This document shows positions 49,526-62,754 of a stretch of DNA of 64,000 nt, one piece after another. A program made the position numbers and the translations under genes. This DNA is from Utricularia gibba (lineage: Eukaryota > Plantae > Magnoliophyta): assembly GCA_002189035.1 (NCBI GenBank), contig NEEC01000027.1:124001-188000 (forward strand). Reading direction: 5' to 3'. The notes under the pieces are model-generated. The model made no database searches and was not told where the DNA came from. It saw only the letters and a program-made list of their open reading frames with translations. Position 1 is the stretch's first letter. Each line of letters opens with the position of its first letter.

Positions 49526-52069
49526 CTATCCGTGACGGTTTTGATCGTCAGGTTCGGGCCAAAATGACGAATACTTCAACCATTCTGCTTCTTGCCGGTT
49601 CGCCATCGAGGATTCCTGCAAATGACATGAAATGCAACCGGGTTGGATCGACTCTCTTTCACTATCTGACCGTTCTCGCATTTCTAGCAGACCCAGCATA
49701 AAATATGCAGAATCAACCTGGGGAGTCAGATAAGAAGAAAATGGCTTCTTAGGATACCAAAGGAGAAAAGGGTTCGGGTGTTCTTTTCTATCAGCATATC
49801 TTTATCATAGCAGGAATAAATGTCCATAAGGCACAACTTTGCACTTTTATGAGGAACAAGAATGTTAGGAAATGTACAAGCTTGTTCTATGCACCAACCA
49901 CAGACCTTGAGAACCACTCAGAAAACCACATGCATTTGAAAGTTCTGTTTTACTGATTAACTGCCTTGAGATTCAACAAGATTCAAGCAACCCCCATAGC
50001 TGCATCCTCTGGAACTAGATGTAGCAGAGAGGAAGAGAATAGGCTCCTAAGGTAAAGAACACAGAGCTAAAGAAAGGCGATGACTAATAATGAAAAGGGG
50101 TCAGATTTCTCTACTTTAATTAATACTTGTGTGTTTTTTTTTAAGAATGTAATGGTTAATTTTCTCAAGCCACACACCCCAAGCATGGTCTGATGTTTGT
50201 CCTCATGCTTTTCTTTCTCTTTTCTTGCTATTTGACAGTAGTCTTGCGTAAGCTGTGGGATTTGTTCACGTGACAGGGAAGCAAAAAAAGAGGGTACTTA
50301 CTTCTTTGATGTCACTTGAGGTGCATCCCATGATGATTTCCTCCAATCCAGACGTTGAACTCCCTCCTAGTTTGTGATGTTGCGGCGGTGCCGGTGAAGG
50401 TGGCGGCGGCGACTGTCGAAACCCAAATGAAGACAAGCGTCGTTATGCAGGAATAGGGTCTAGGGTTAAAAGAGGAATGAGCGCCGTGATGATGGGAAGT
50501 GATTATGATGGAAAGCATGCAAGAAAAGAAACTGGGAGTCCGAATGATTTCATGTCGGTCCAGAGACAGGAGCGAGTGAAAAGCGAAACCTGGAAGGTTC
50601 GATGAGGGAGGATGATCGGAGGGACATCATAGGAGCGATCTTGATCAAGAATCATCGGCATTGACGTCGGAGAGATGATCCTCGAAAGGGAACGCGACGA
50701 CCTGTGTACGTTGAAAGCAGTTGTGATTTGATGATGATGCTGGTGAAGGCGCGGCTCTCCGGTTAAGTCCTCGCACGCGCCTCCGCCTGCCTCCCGCCCC
50801 ATCGAAGCTTCCCCGATCCTGTCTCCCTGTACAAAAAGTGCCACCAATGGCTACTTGACACGTGGCGCAGGTTCCATGCAATTTATAGTTGTGGTTGGTT
50901 AACCGAAGCTTACACCTGCACTGGAAAATACATGAACAGATTTACCTCGTCGAATGTCTTGGGGAAGGACACGGGGAGGAACCCGAAATGGCGGTGGATG
51001 TCGGAGGCAACAAAGCTCGGAAGTGCGGCGAGATTTGCTCCCGCTGTCGCGGGTGTCGAGAACTCGTCCCTTTGAGAGGAGGAGCTGCCACCGCTGTCGG
51101 AAACAGCGGCTCCGCCGGAGCTTCTTTCGGACCAGTTACACTGACGCGGCTGAGTCTGGTAGAAGATCTTGGAAACAACGAGCTCACCTTCTTTCTCCTC
51201 CTCGTGCTTCCCTAAATGATACTGGTGCATCACCCAATTGGTCTTTTCGGGTTTCCGGTTTTTTCCGAAATTAGTGTACAAAACTAGTATCTTCTTACAC
51301 CCCTTCTGCTTCCCGCTCGACATCACCGGCCTCGTTTTTCCGGTCTTGTGCCACCGTGTCTCCCCGCCCTGAAGATCGCATTCCGTCTGTATTTTCCTCC
51401 TCTTCCGTGTCCCCGTCGTGTACGCTTTCGAAGGCCGGTGAAAAAAGTGCCTACTCAAACCATCTCTCGTCACCCCTGCAAGAAAACCCTAATTTTCTCA
51501 ACTGTGACATACACATATTTTTTATTTTAAAAAAAAAACGACCAAGTTTTGTTGATTGGATAGTTGTTGAAGCTTAGGAAGGTAAGCTACCAACCTGTTA
51601 AAGAAGACGAAGAAGCATTACAAAATCCAATCTTCCGAATTTAGAAGACAAAAACAGGATACGAACCAGGGAGTTTTTCTGGGTGGGTGTAGCAAATCCC
51701 ATCTTCGCCTTCGATTGTAGGAATGAATTCATCGATCAGCGGATGGGATTTGGACTCTTTACCTTCAACTTTAGCTTCCAGATGCTCGATCAGTTCTTGG
51801 TCGGTAGGATCGAACTTCACTCCCGCTGGTAACCCAACCCAATCCTTCCACCACGCCATCGTAATCACCACAACTTCCACAGCCAAAACAAAAACCCAGC
51901 TTCTGCCGGAGTCGTGTGCGCGTGTTTTGCCGGTAGAAAAAAAAAGGAAGGAACTTACGGGTTTTCCGTCGAGTTTATGGCCGCAACCGGGGCAGTGTTT
52001 GGATCCACATAACTGATGCTCCTCCATCCTCGAATCGATCAGATCGCAGCTGCTCTTGCTCTTGCTCAT
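49526..52069 (-). CDS. NAC075: NAC transcription factor, NAC075-like
   Basis: [79 protein letters not shown], and last exon [19 protein letters not shown] (stop at 49526). Confidence 0.93.
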
Positions 52070-52544
52070 TATGTTGATAATTTCACACACACGAAGAGGA
52101 GGAGATCAGGTGGTTTCGGGAGGAAGAGCTGCAGAAAATGAATATCGTTCTTGGGAAACGAGAAAGAATCAACTTTCTAAGCAGCAGAGAATAAAGCTCC
52201 TAAACGGGTCAAGTTTACAGAAGAGACGCGATCACAGAGCAACTTCTTGATAGCCCGAAAGGGGAGAAAGAGGATTAATTCATCCAAGTTCTTGGAAGTA
52301 TCAAGAAGAGTGAGGAGGAGGAGGAGAGGGAGAGGAAACCTGGTTAAAAGGAAGTAAAAACAGCAGAATTTGAGTAGCTTTACACGAGATAAAGGAAAAG
52401 GCTTCAAGGGCCAGGCCAGGCCAATATATCATACCAACTTTACCTCTTTGCTAATTTAAGCACCAGCACCACAGACAGATTTTCTGTGTGGTCTGTCACT
52501 GTGTGTGTTGCGTGAAAGAGAGATAGAGAGATTCCAAAATACAG

Positions 52545-52547
<3 letters not shown>

Positions 52548-52574
<27 letters not shown>
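52548..52574. repeat. (AAG)9 microsatellite upstream of NAC075
   Basis: Direct reading. Confidence 0.85.
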
Positions 52575-52576
<2 letters not shown>

Positions 52577-53876
52577 TAGTAGTTGTTAGAGATGAATAAA
52601 GCCAGGTCCATACATACATAACCTCCCTTGGGTTTGGTTTGACTGAAAGAAAAAGCAACCCATTTTCATTTGGCTTGGTTTGGTTTGGGATTAAGCAGCC
52701 AACCATTCCGAGAAAACAAAAAGAATGGCGTGTGTGTCATTAGTGAAACGCGTTGCGCCACCCCGAGGTACTTTTGGATACACAGTTAACGCTTCTTCCC
52801 ACCCAATAGAATTGATTGTTGGCATTAATTGGGTTTTTATTTTGGTGTCCCCACGCAATTAGGGAACAGTATCTATGAAGTTTTGTGTTTAATCTCCCTC
52901 CCACACATTCACTTACCAGAAAGAGCTTTTGTCAAAAAACGGGGAAACTACTGCCTGCCATCATTGGAGTGGAATATCCATCCATCCATCCATCTACCTA
53001 CACAACACAGAATGCAGATGGTGGGGTTGCCTCTCGTCTTATCAATTAATCCTCTTCCTCACTTTCTTATGTGAGTTTGGTGATGTGGGTTTACGGCATG
53101 AACCGCAACTGGCAAGATTGGGAAGAAGTGATGGGTGGCTGGATCTCATCATGGTTTTTTGTGGTGCCCCTTTTTTCTGGATGGTGCAACGCGCAGCGCA
53201 CGTCTCCAAGTCGACCAACGGCATGAATGAATGCCCAGTAACTGGATTCCCTGGACAGCACAGCTCACAGTACGGGAGCTTCTCTCGGAGTAAGTGCGCC
53301 TCGGCCTCTCTCTGCTCGGGTCTGTGAACATCATCCAACACGTGGTGGAGATGCGTGCCCTCTCACTGGCTAAAAAATGAAGTTGACGTGTGTTCTGAGT
53401 TTCTGCTATGATGAAGCTGCTGTAGTGCTATTCACTACAATGCTTGCCTCAGTTTCCTATCTCTGGGAATGCAGGTTGAAGAAATGCGGGGAGGGTAAAT
53501 GCTTCAGTGAAGTCGCTCTGATGAACAAATGATGGCTCTAGTTGCCAGAATAACATAACAAGGCACTCAGAGATCCATGCTCACACACAAAGGTTCGAGG
53601 CAAAGAAAGAAAACTCCGATCCACCTCACAATGCGGATTGCATGGATTGGTGTTTGTCTGGTGTCCCCAAACGCTCGCAATCATTGAAAAATTGCAGTTG
53701 ACAGATGACTTTCGCCTTGTTAACCCCTTGGTTCAACAAAAAGGCACGATGAAACTAGCCGTGATACGTATGATTTAGTCTCAATGGATTAGACAACTCA
53801 CAAAGAATAGCAGTTAGCAGGGCGTTGTGGCTTTATTTTTGTTGCAGGCCAAACAATGTAGGAAGCTGCTTTCATT

Positions 53877-55368
53877 CTACACGTTCACTTTCATATGCTG
53901 CTTTATCTCCCGAATCACTCCGTCAGCAAGTGTGCTATCATCTTCATTCTTCCCGAAGTACTTTACAAATTGCATTTTTGGATCCATCAAATATCTGCGA
54001 AAAAAAAAAATCTAATCAGGCAATGCAGAAACTGTAGAGAGTTTATAACTGGAGTTCCCTATTTAGTATACAAACATACATGACAATGGAGTGATCAACA
54101 AGGTAATCCGAGCCTTCTTCTTCTGTCTTCATATAATAAACACGATATGCACGTGCAGCCTTCTTGACTTCTTCAGGGGAACCAGTCAGGCCAATTAACT
54201 TGGGATGGAACTCTGCGCAGTTGGTTAGAATTATAGAATTTTGGAGAAAGGGAAAACTCAGAAAGTTGAGAGGATCCTACGCCAGGAAATCACCTTTCAC
54301 ATATTCTCCAACTTGTTCAACAGTGTCTCTTTCAGGGTCAACTGAGATGAATATAGGCACTACCTCCATTCCTGACTTTTCCTCTGTAAATTCACAGTGG
54401 AGCCTTAGAACGCCAAATTACGAGAAACGGTGAACAGTTACAGCCCATAAGTAGTTAGTAGCACGCACTAATTTTGTCGATCGCAGATGCAAGCTTTTGC
54501 AGTTCTTCGGGGCATATATCGGGGCAGTGAGTGAAACCAAAATAAATCAAGTTCCAGTGCCCCAAAAAGCTCTTATCAGTCACAGGTTTCCCATTGTGAT
54601 CAATGAGACTGAATTCACCACCAATGGCAGCCTTTCCCACGGACGGCCCCTGTTTCACCTCAATCGAAGCCTTGTTCATCTCTACAAGACCACTTCTCAT
54701 ATTAATTAGATCAAAGCACTCAACAAGATTTAGTTTTTAATATCTAAGAAATAAAAAAAAATATCGACTGCAGTAATTATCCATGCCATGTCTCCCATCT
54801 GTTCTAAGAATCATTCGAGAGGATTTACTAGATCAATAATCCTAAGTTAGGCGTAAAAATCCCACCCAACTCACCATAGTAATCTAACCTTCAATATGCC
54901 GCTTCTTTTCCCTGTCATAGTAGTATATCAACCCCGCACTGGTGCATATAAGCAAGAAGAAGCTCGCCCATGATATTGGCTGTGAAAAGTGCATAACTTG
55001 AATGAGACCCAGCAGGAACCGGTAGCAAGCCTGAGAAGGAACCAAAGAAAAGAAGAACAAACCCCTCCACGAATAGGTTTTCCTTTTTGTTGAGACCCTT
55101 CCCCTGAACTCTGTCCCCCTTCGCTGGTGTTTTTAGAATCAAGCTCAGCATTTGATTGCTTAAGGCTAGAAATGGTGGCACTAGAACACAAAAACCGTCG
55201 AGAAACATTAAAGCAAGGTGACAATGTCTCGAAGCGGAGATCAGTGGCACCGGAGATGAAAAAAAGCGGTGATTTATCGGGACAGCTGTGGAAATTGGAG
55301 GAGCGCAGTGCGCGACTGAGCGACCAGAAATTACGAAGAAGCCGCGATCGGAAACATCCCGAGGCCAT
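53877..55368 (-). CDS. HCC1: SCO1/HCC1 mitochondrial copper chaperone
   Basis: Arg/Ser-rich presequence, TM exon [32 protein letters not shown] (CxxxC), FISVDPERD and YLVDHS. Confidence 0.95.
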
Positions 55369-55675
55369 ATTGGCAGCAGCAGTAGTGAAACTCAGCCCCT
55401 CAAGGCTCAAACCTTCCCCTGTATCTCTTCCTCTTCGCGAAACCCTAATTCCCTAGCCCCCACAGCTGGACTTTCAGCCAGCATCCAACGGCGACCCATT
55501 GTTTCCAAAACGATCCGGATCCATTTAGAGAAACCGGCCATAGAGTCCGAAAATGTGGGTGGGCAAATTCGTAAATGCACACTTTATAAAGCCCACGGGA
55601 AGCTCGCAGGAGTCCAACCGACTCCTCCTCCACTCCATTTAAATCACCAGCCTCGGGCGCCTTGTTACCGAATTC

Positions 55676-56175
55676 ATGGAGGAAACCCCCAAACAGCTCA
55701 ACTTCCAAGCTCCGATTCTGTCCACCAAGCGTCCCAGCCATCGACACGATCCGAATCCCGGTTGGCAAGACGCATCACCACCCAACAGGGTCCCATTTCA
55801 GTGGGAACGGATCCCGGGCGAGCCGAAGCAGAGCGCAGGAGCAGAGGATGGCCATGGCGTTGCAGCGCTGAAACCACCTCCCGGGCGACGGCTGGATCGC
55901 CCTCCGACGCCATTGGCATGTTCTCGTGGGGCGAATCATCCACAGGGCGAGTGGAGGAAGGTGAATGCCCATCCAATTTCATGATAGAGAGGTATCTCCT
56001 TGATGCCATAGCCTTGGCTGACGCACCTCTGTCGAGATGGAGCGCCAGACAGCTTCCTGCTCCTCGATCCTATTCAAATGCCTCGGAAGGATGCGCCTTT
56101 GGGAGCTCACTCCCCAGGACAATGAAGAACAATGCCTGTGGTGTTGCAAATCACAAGCACAAGACCAGAGAATAA
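55676..56175 (+). CDS. Short DUF688-like protein; one apparent 1-bp deletion
   Basis: LNFQAPILSTKR, VPFQWERIPGEPK and LKPPPGR, then after +1 C at 55900-55902 SDAIG..FMIERYL.DAIALA..ACG. Confidence 0.65.
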
Positions 56176-56562
56176 GGAAGGGCGTTGTCTGTGTCGGTTA
56201 CTATAGTTAAAGTATTTGTATTTAGATAACTATAATTAAAAAACAAAAAAAAGATTTTTTTTACAAGTCTAAAATCCAGGAGCCGTAACCGGCGTGGGGG
56301 ATTGGAATGGAATGGAATGAAATGATGGTTAGTGAAGAAGAAGAAGAAATGATGGCACTGCGGCAATTGAGATGCAAGGGTAGATGAGGTGTCCAGATTG
56401 ATGACTAGGACAACACAGCCATATCGTACGGTACAGGTGGAGGTGGGGAAGGGAAGCACAAACCCACCCCAGCACTCCTCCTTACTCCACCGGGAGGAGC
56501 ACACTAACCCACAAGAATGACCCGGTGCGACGCCGGCGATTGTCCTTCCGCCAGCCAACACA

Positions 56563-58316
56563 ATGGGGAATTGCGGCACTAGAGAGGAATCGGCGGTTGT
56601 CGTTACTGCTCATCAAGGTGCCTTAATCGGCCTTCTTGTTGCTGTTGTAATCCTCCTCTCAGATCTGCCGTTGCCTTAACTGCTCCTCTGCACTTCGTTT
56701 TTGATTTCGATTTCTTTGCAGCTCCGCAGTTGCTCTCTTTTCCGTCCAAGAATCACGCAGCGGAGAGGAAGCACGCGGGCTTGATTTCAGATCTGAGCGA
56801 ACCTTCGACGCCGCGAAACGTTGAAGAGTTCAGTAGAAATTCTATGCTATACACGAATGTCATTGCATTCACACTGTTTGAACTAGAAACTATCACTAAG
56901 AGTTTCCGTTCCGATTACATTCTTGGAGAGGGCGGGTTTGGTACCGTCTACAAGGGCTATATTGATGAGAATGTTAGAGTTGGTCTCAAATCCTTGCCTG
57001 TTGCGGTCAAAGTGCTCAACAAGGAAGGCCACCAAGGCCACCGTGAATGGCTGGTGCGCGCTTTCATCCCTTTTTAATGCCGCAGCCTTTCTTTTCAGTA
57101 TCACCGCCTTACTATGTTTGCAATTCAATTGCTTATCTCCAGACCGAGGTCAACTTCCTTGGGCAGCTGAGGCATCCTAATTTAGTCAAGTTGATTGGGT
57201 ATTGTTGCGAGGATGATCACAGATTGCTTGTTTACGAGTTCATGTTCCGAGGGAGCCTCGCAAACCATCTGTTTCGTAGTAAGTGTTTGCTTTTTCCCTT
57301 ACCAGATAATGGCGCTCCTCTATTTTAGGCCTAATGCATTGGTAACTTTCAGAAACAGCTGCTCCTTTATCGTGGAAACAAAGGATGATGATTGCTCTTG
57401 GGGCTGCAAAGGGGCTTGCATTTCTTCATAATGCTGAAAGGCCTGTCATATACCGTGATTTCAAAACCTCTAATATTCTGCTGGACTCGGTTAGTTTATT
57501 AGGCACAATCTCATATTTCTGTCTTCTGCATTGTATCCAGGAAAGCTCATAACAATGGCATACTTACAGGATTATGTGGCCAAGTTATCTGATTTTGGGC
57601 TAGCAAAAGCTGGACCCCAGGGGGATGAGACGCATGTTTCTACCCGAGTCATGGGTACCTATGGTTATGCTGCACCTGAATATGTTATGACTGGTACCCA
57701 GAATTCTTCATTGTTGCATTCATCAAATTTCTCTTTTCGTTCACCTAGCGCAATCTCTAAAATTTTCACATCCATTTTGATCTCTGCGGCCTATTTTATG
57801 GTGATCATTTTCTTGATGTACAGGGCATCTTACTGCCAGGAGTGACGTCTATAGCTTTGGGGTGGTTCTTTTGGAGCTGTTGACGGGCAGGAAGTCTGTG
57901 GACAAGACAAGGCCAAGCAAGGAACAAAGCCTGGTTGACTGGGCGAGGCCAAAACTGAACGACAAGAGAAAGATGCTACAAATCATAGACCCGAGACTTG
58001 AGAATCAGTACTCGGTACGCGCAGCTCAGAAAGCGGGCAGCTTGGCATATTACTGTCTGAGCCAAAACCCCAAGGCAAGACCTTTGATGAGCGACGTGGT
58101 GGAGACCTTGGAACCTTTACAGTGTGATGGCAGCAGCTACGAAACCTCATCGTCATCAGCCCCCACGCTCCTGTGTAGCAACAGCCCCTTCGTTACCAGA
58201 AGGATTCCAGATTACCGGACTCATCGACGACTGGCGGGCACCGTAGGAGGCGTCGGTTGCCTTTCTCCTAATCCAAATGGCTCACCTGGTGGCCCACTGC
58301 TTGCCAAGTTAGATGA
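56563..58316 (+). CDS. PBL8: Receptor-like cytoplasmic kinase VII, PBL8-like
   Basis: [45 protein letters not shown] and [10 protein letters not shown]. As read the stop is at 58353; +1 C at 58293-58295 restores a family-like end GGPTACQVR* at 58316. Confidence 0.93.
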
Positions 58317-59324
58317 GAAACCGAGGGACGATAGCGGTATGATGACTGTATGAATGCATTGTGTGCTTATTCCTCAGCCTTGTGTTTTTGGTGGATGGGA
58401 GAATATGTTGTGAAGTCAGATTGCAGGCTTCTTGATTTCCGTTGCAAGGAAAACTCCTTGGTTTGCATCATCCCGCCTGCGCATGTTACATTTTCACACC
58501 TGGATTTCCGCTGTTCTGTAGGCGTATTTGAGCCAAAATGCATTTTCAAGTAATCAATTCAATTGGCAACAACACTTATAAGTAAATCGGTCTAATTCAC
58601 ACCCTTGCATCAAAATGCATAATTTTCATGTTCTTTTAATAGAAAACAGGAACAGTTTATGGAGTAGTAAACCCTGAATCAACAATTGCATGTCAGCAAA
58701 CCACTGAAATTGTGAATGGTCCAGCAGACAAAGAGGCCACACCACATACACTAATTATTCCACCAAGTTCCCCAACGTGCCCCTGGCTGCCAAAGAAGCA
58801 ACAAGTGAACAATTGGCTTCAAGAGAAACGATGTGTAAGAGCAACACAGTCATGGCTTCTGCAAAACAATCTTCAAGCAGGTGGAGTAGAACACAAAAAC
58901 ACAGGATAATGATATGAAGAGAGGCATTCCAACTGTTGCGTGAATCATCTCATTCTTTTGGTAGAAAAGCAATGAAAGATCATCACACTTGCCAACCCCC
59001 CATTTCGATATCTTCGTCGCACAAAAGGGAATGCCACTGGATGATGATTTGTGATTGTTTAGTTTCTCGTCCGTGAGAGTAGTCCAGAGGCAAAAACGAT
59101 TATACCATGCACCATAACTTGGAAAATTAGGATCTAATATGCCATAAACCAGGAACTAAATATTCACTATCATGAATCAGTAGAACACGGCAAAACGTAA
59201 AATTGGGGGAATCACAATAAATCTTCTTCACACGTCAAATTTAGAACTCAAATAACAGATCTTGCCCAGACCGAACCTCACCCAAGTAAAATTGAATACC
59301 TTGACACCAAACAAGAAGATGCAT

Positions 59325-59652
59325 TTATTCTGAAGCAGGATTCGAAGCGAGCATCTCCATGATTTTCTTATCCCGCTTAGCCATCGCCACATCCCAAACA
59401 TCGTTCCCAACATGCTTGGGCTGCCACAAACAAAAACCCACCGCTTTCAGCGACAAAATAAAGGAAGGAATCACAAATCAACGTTTCACTAAGAGGGGGA
59501 AACCAAAATCGAACAACAAAGTTATAGACGGAAAGAGGCAAATACGCGGCCGTGGTGAGTCTTGTAAGCGAAGTATTGAACATTTCCCATCACGCAGAGC
59601 ATTCCAGCGATTATGCCAAAGGCAACACAGCTTCCAACCACACCAGCGCCAT
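59325..59652 (-). CDS. NDUFA1: Complex I subunit NDUFA1 (MWFE), 2 exons; one apparent 1-bp deletion
   Basis: Exon 59652-59546 MALVWLEAVLPL[G]IIAGMLCVMGNVQY..HHGR and exon 59420-59325 PKHVGNDVWDVAMAKRDKK..*. Needs +1 base at 59616-59617. Not in the ORF track. Confidence 0.9.
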
Positions 59653-59709
59653 CGACCCCAAACCTCCGACTACTCTCGGGAGAAATCGATATCCTTCTAA
59701 GCTGTAATC

Positions 59710-59751
59710 TGGGCCGTCTGTAGAAACATTAGCTGATATGGGCCAGGCCCA
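59710..59751. promoter_or_regulatory. Three site II elements in the NDUFA1/2OGD divergent promoter
   Basis: TGGGCC at 59710-15, TGGGCC at 59739-44 and GGCCCA at 59746-51. Confidence 0.65.
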
Positions 59752-59956
59752 ATTAGAATTGGAGTGAGCCGATTTAAGTGGAGTAGATTTTCATCCTCCT
59801 CTGAAAGAAACAGAGCAACTTGTGATTTACATCACTTTCTTGAAAGAGTTTTGCTGTCTTCTATTGTCTGGCTTCTTCCATTGTAATCTGCCACAATATT
59901 CAGACATATCTTATAGCAAACTACAGGTGTCTATTCCATCGAGAGAGTTTTGTGCA

Positions 59957-62754
59957 ATGGCGGAAGGCGGTGGAAGAAATGATCAGCAGCCTACGGTGTC
60001 TGCAGATACGTCCCTTATCAACTGCATCGATCTTTCTAGCCCTGATATTCAATCCTCAGTGTCTCTTCTTAAACAGGCATTCATCTTCCCCTCTTCTTCG
60101 CACTTCTCTTAAGTTATCAAATATCAACATGTCTTGGTCGTTGTTCCTTTGTGCGTCTGCCTCGTTTTACTTTCCGGTAAAATGATACGCAGCCTAGATC
60201 TTGATGTTTTATACCTTGAATTTTATTTTTCAATCTAAAGATTCAATATTTTATTTTTTTAAGAATAAAATGATACTGATAGTACTAGATCAAGATGAGG
60301 TATTTGTTTGGGTCCTCTTCCAAACAAATCACCGTTTTTTTTCATCTTGTAAAACTAAGTTGGAACAGGTGTGTAGTGTGGCTAGATTTTATTAGTTTTT
60401 AGTAGTAGAACTTGCAATGAGCCCTTGACTGATCACAGTGAATTATAGGCCTGCCTAGATTGTGGGTTCTTCTATGTTATCAACCATGGCATTAGTGTGG
60501 AATTTATGGATGAGGTTTTCTACCAAAGCAAAAAGTTCTTTTCCCTGGAAAAAGAGGAAAAGATGAAGCTCTTGAAGAATGAGAAACACCGAGGCTACAC
60601 TCCTATTTTTGATGAATTTCTGGATCCTTCAAATCAAATAAATGGTATGTGATACTTTATTTTCTTGATTGAAAATTTATGTTAATTGGGTAAATTCGTC
60701 TCTAGATTGACACTATTCGTATTTCATGCAATAGGTGATTATAAAGAGGGTTACTACATTGGTATTGAAGTACCTCAGCATGATCCTGATGCTTGGCTGC
60801 CATTCTTTGGGCCAAACAGATGGCCATCTCCTGGTAACTTCTAGGAGTTTATCGTGTAATATATTAAATGGTAATGGCTTTAACTATCTATATGCTCTTA
60901 AAAGAGGGCCAATCTTTGTAAATTCATTGGTTCATATTTTACTTTGTCAAAATGCTATAGAAAATAAAAAAATAGCTCTTCTTGATAATTGATAAAATTT
61001 GGTCGATATGAATTTTTCTTTTGAAACATGGTAGATGCCTTGCCGCAATGGAGGGAAACCATGGAGAGATATCACCAGGACGCATTGTATGGTTACTTGT
61101 TCACACATTTGAAAAATACAATCATTATCATTGTGATCACCTTTGTTGTTCTTCAGTTCATTTTTTTTTCTTTCACGTGCATTTCTAACCCTGTTTTGTA
61201 ATTGCCATGTGCACAAGAAATTGAACTATTTTTTGCTAGGAAAGTAATTTGTTGCTATTATTCTTATGCTCATTTCTTGCGTACAGAAAGGTGGCACGTG
61301 CTGTTTTGCGGTTGATAGCACTTGCCCTTGGCTTGAATGTTGACTTCTTTGTTCAACCCAAATTCCTTGGAAATCCTATTGTGACTTTACGACTTCTGCA
61401 TTATGAAGGTCATAAGACTTAGATAAAACAGATTTCCTAAATTGTTTTTTTTTTTTTTGTCTTTGAATGATTTTAAGTTTGATGAGTCAAAATTTAAAAG
61501 TTAGATCAAGCTTCTGATCCGGATAGAGGAATATATGGAGCTGGTGCCCACTCTGATTATGGCTTGATGACCTTGTTAGCAACAGATGATGTTTTGGGTC
61601 TTCAGGTATGAAGGTCACTTGGAGTATTTACTCTGATTCTGAATAGTGTGTTGTCTGTATGAAAGCTACTCATGCGTAGATCTGCAAGGATAAGGATGCA
61701 ATACCTCAAATTTGGGAATATGTACCCCCTTGAAGGGGTCAGGCCTCTTGATCTCTTTATTATGATTTGATTTAGCTGGTGCATTATAAAGAGTGAATCT
61801 CTAATTTTCTGAAATTCAAAGTTCAAAATTTTACATCAAGAAAATTCAAAATCTCTGTCGATAATATTTTTTATTTTTCTAATGTAAAACTTTACTTTTA
61901 GGGCATTTATTGTAAATATTGGTGATATGATGGAACGCTTGAGCAACTGCACTTTCAGGTATTGTATGGGTATAGTTGTATTTTGAGGCCGATTGCATGA
62001 ACCTTAGCTAAATTAGCTAATTTTGAATGCTGAAATACTTCTAAACTGAGATAACTTATGCAGGTCCACGCTGCATCGTGTCATTGGGCATGGCAAAGAA
62101 AGATATTCCGTATGTCCTGAAACTACTGCTACATCTTCACTATATTTGCTATTCTAACCCTGTAGTTTGCATTGCGAAATTCTGGCAACTAGGGGTATGA
62201 TCCTATGAATCCACTTAGCATGCAACTTGAGCTACTTCTTTATGGGGTACAACACACTAAATAGTAAACAATTTTTTGTTCAGTAAAAAAACCCACTTTT
62301 GCCATAAGTCTCGCCAAAGATGCAGTTTTACTAAAATCATGGTGGAATATACTTGTTAGTGATACTATTGGCAGGAGATATCCGGTTATTACTTGTGCAT
62401 TTTTGATGTTATACACATGGAAGGGACACTTTTTATTTGTATGTTCTGATGGCAGATAGCTTGCTTTCTTGAGCCTAATCATGAGTGCGTTATCGAATGC
62501 TTACCAACATGCAAGTCAAATGAGAATCCTCCAAAGTGAGTATAAACTCTCTTTTTGCAGTAGATATTTTTGTCTTGTGCATCTTCGAAGTGCATTTCAC
62601 TGTACTGTAGATCATTTCTCACACGTAAATTGATTGTATTTTTCACTGTCATCGTTGCTGCGAATGTCTTCAAAGGTTCCCTCCCATTACATGTGAAGAA
62701 TATATGCTTCAAAAGTATAAAGAGACGCATGCTGATCTCAAGTCCTACCGTTGA
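59957..62754 (+). CDS. 2-oxoglutarate/Fe(II)-dependent dioxygenase (At1g35190-like), about 11 exons
   Basis: NCIDLS, ACLDCGFFYVINHGI, RGYTP, GPNRWP, LRLLHY, GAHSDYG (HxD), STLHRV (distal His) and RYS (RxS). Confidence 0.93.

Noticed and set aside
48821-49701. Several 63-130 aa ORFs between the LRR gene and NAC075
   Set aside because: They lie in convergent 3' UTRs or antisense to the last NAC075 exon and have no motifs.
53042-53341. 99-aa Cys-containing minus ORF
   Set aside because: GTG start, no family motif, and located in likely upstream regulatory DNA of NAC075.
53408-53521. Possible C/D snoRNA (ATGATGA...CTGA)
   Set aside because: No terminal stem, and no rRNA or snRNA antisense element that I could recognise.
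55288-56175. 295-aa ORF overlapping HCC1 antisense
   Set aside because: Chimeric reading. Only the 3' part is the DUF688 frame after the frameshift; the 5' part is antisense or promoter sequence.
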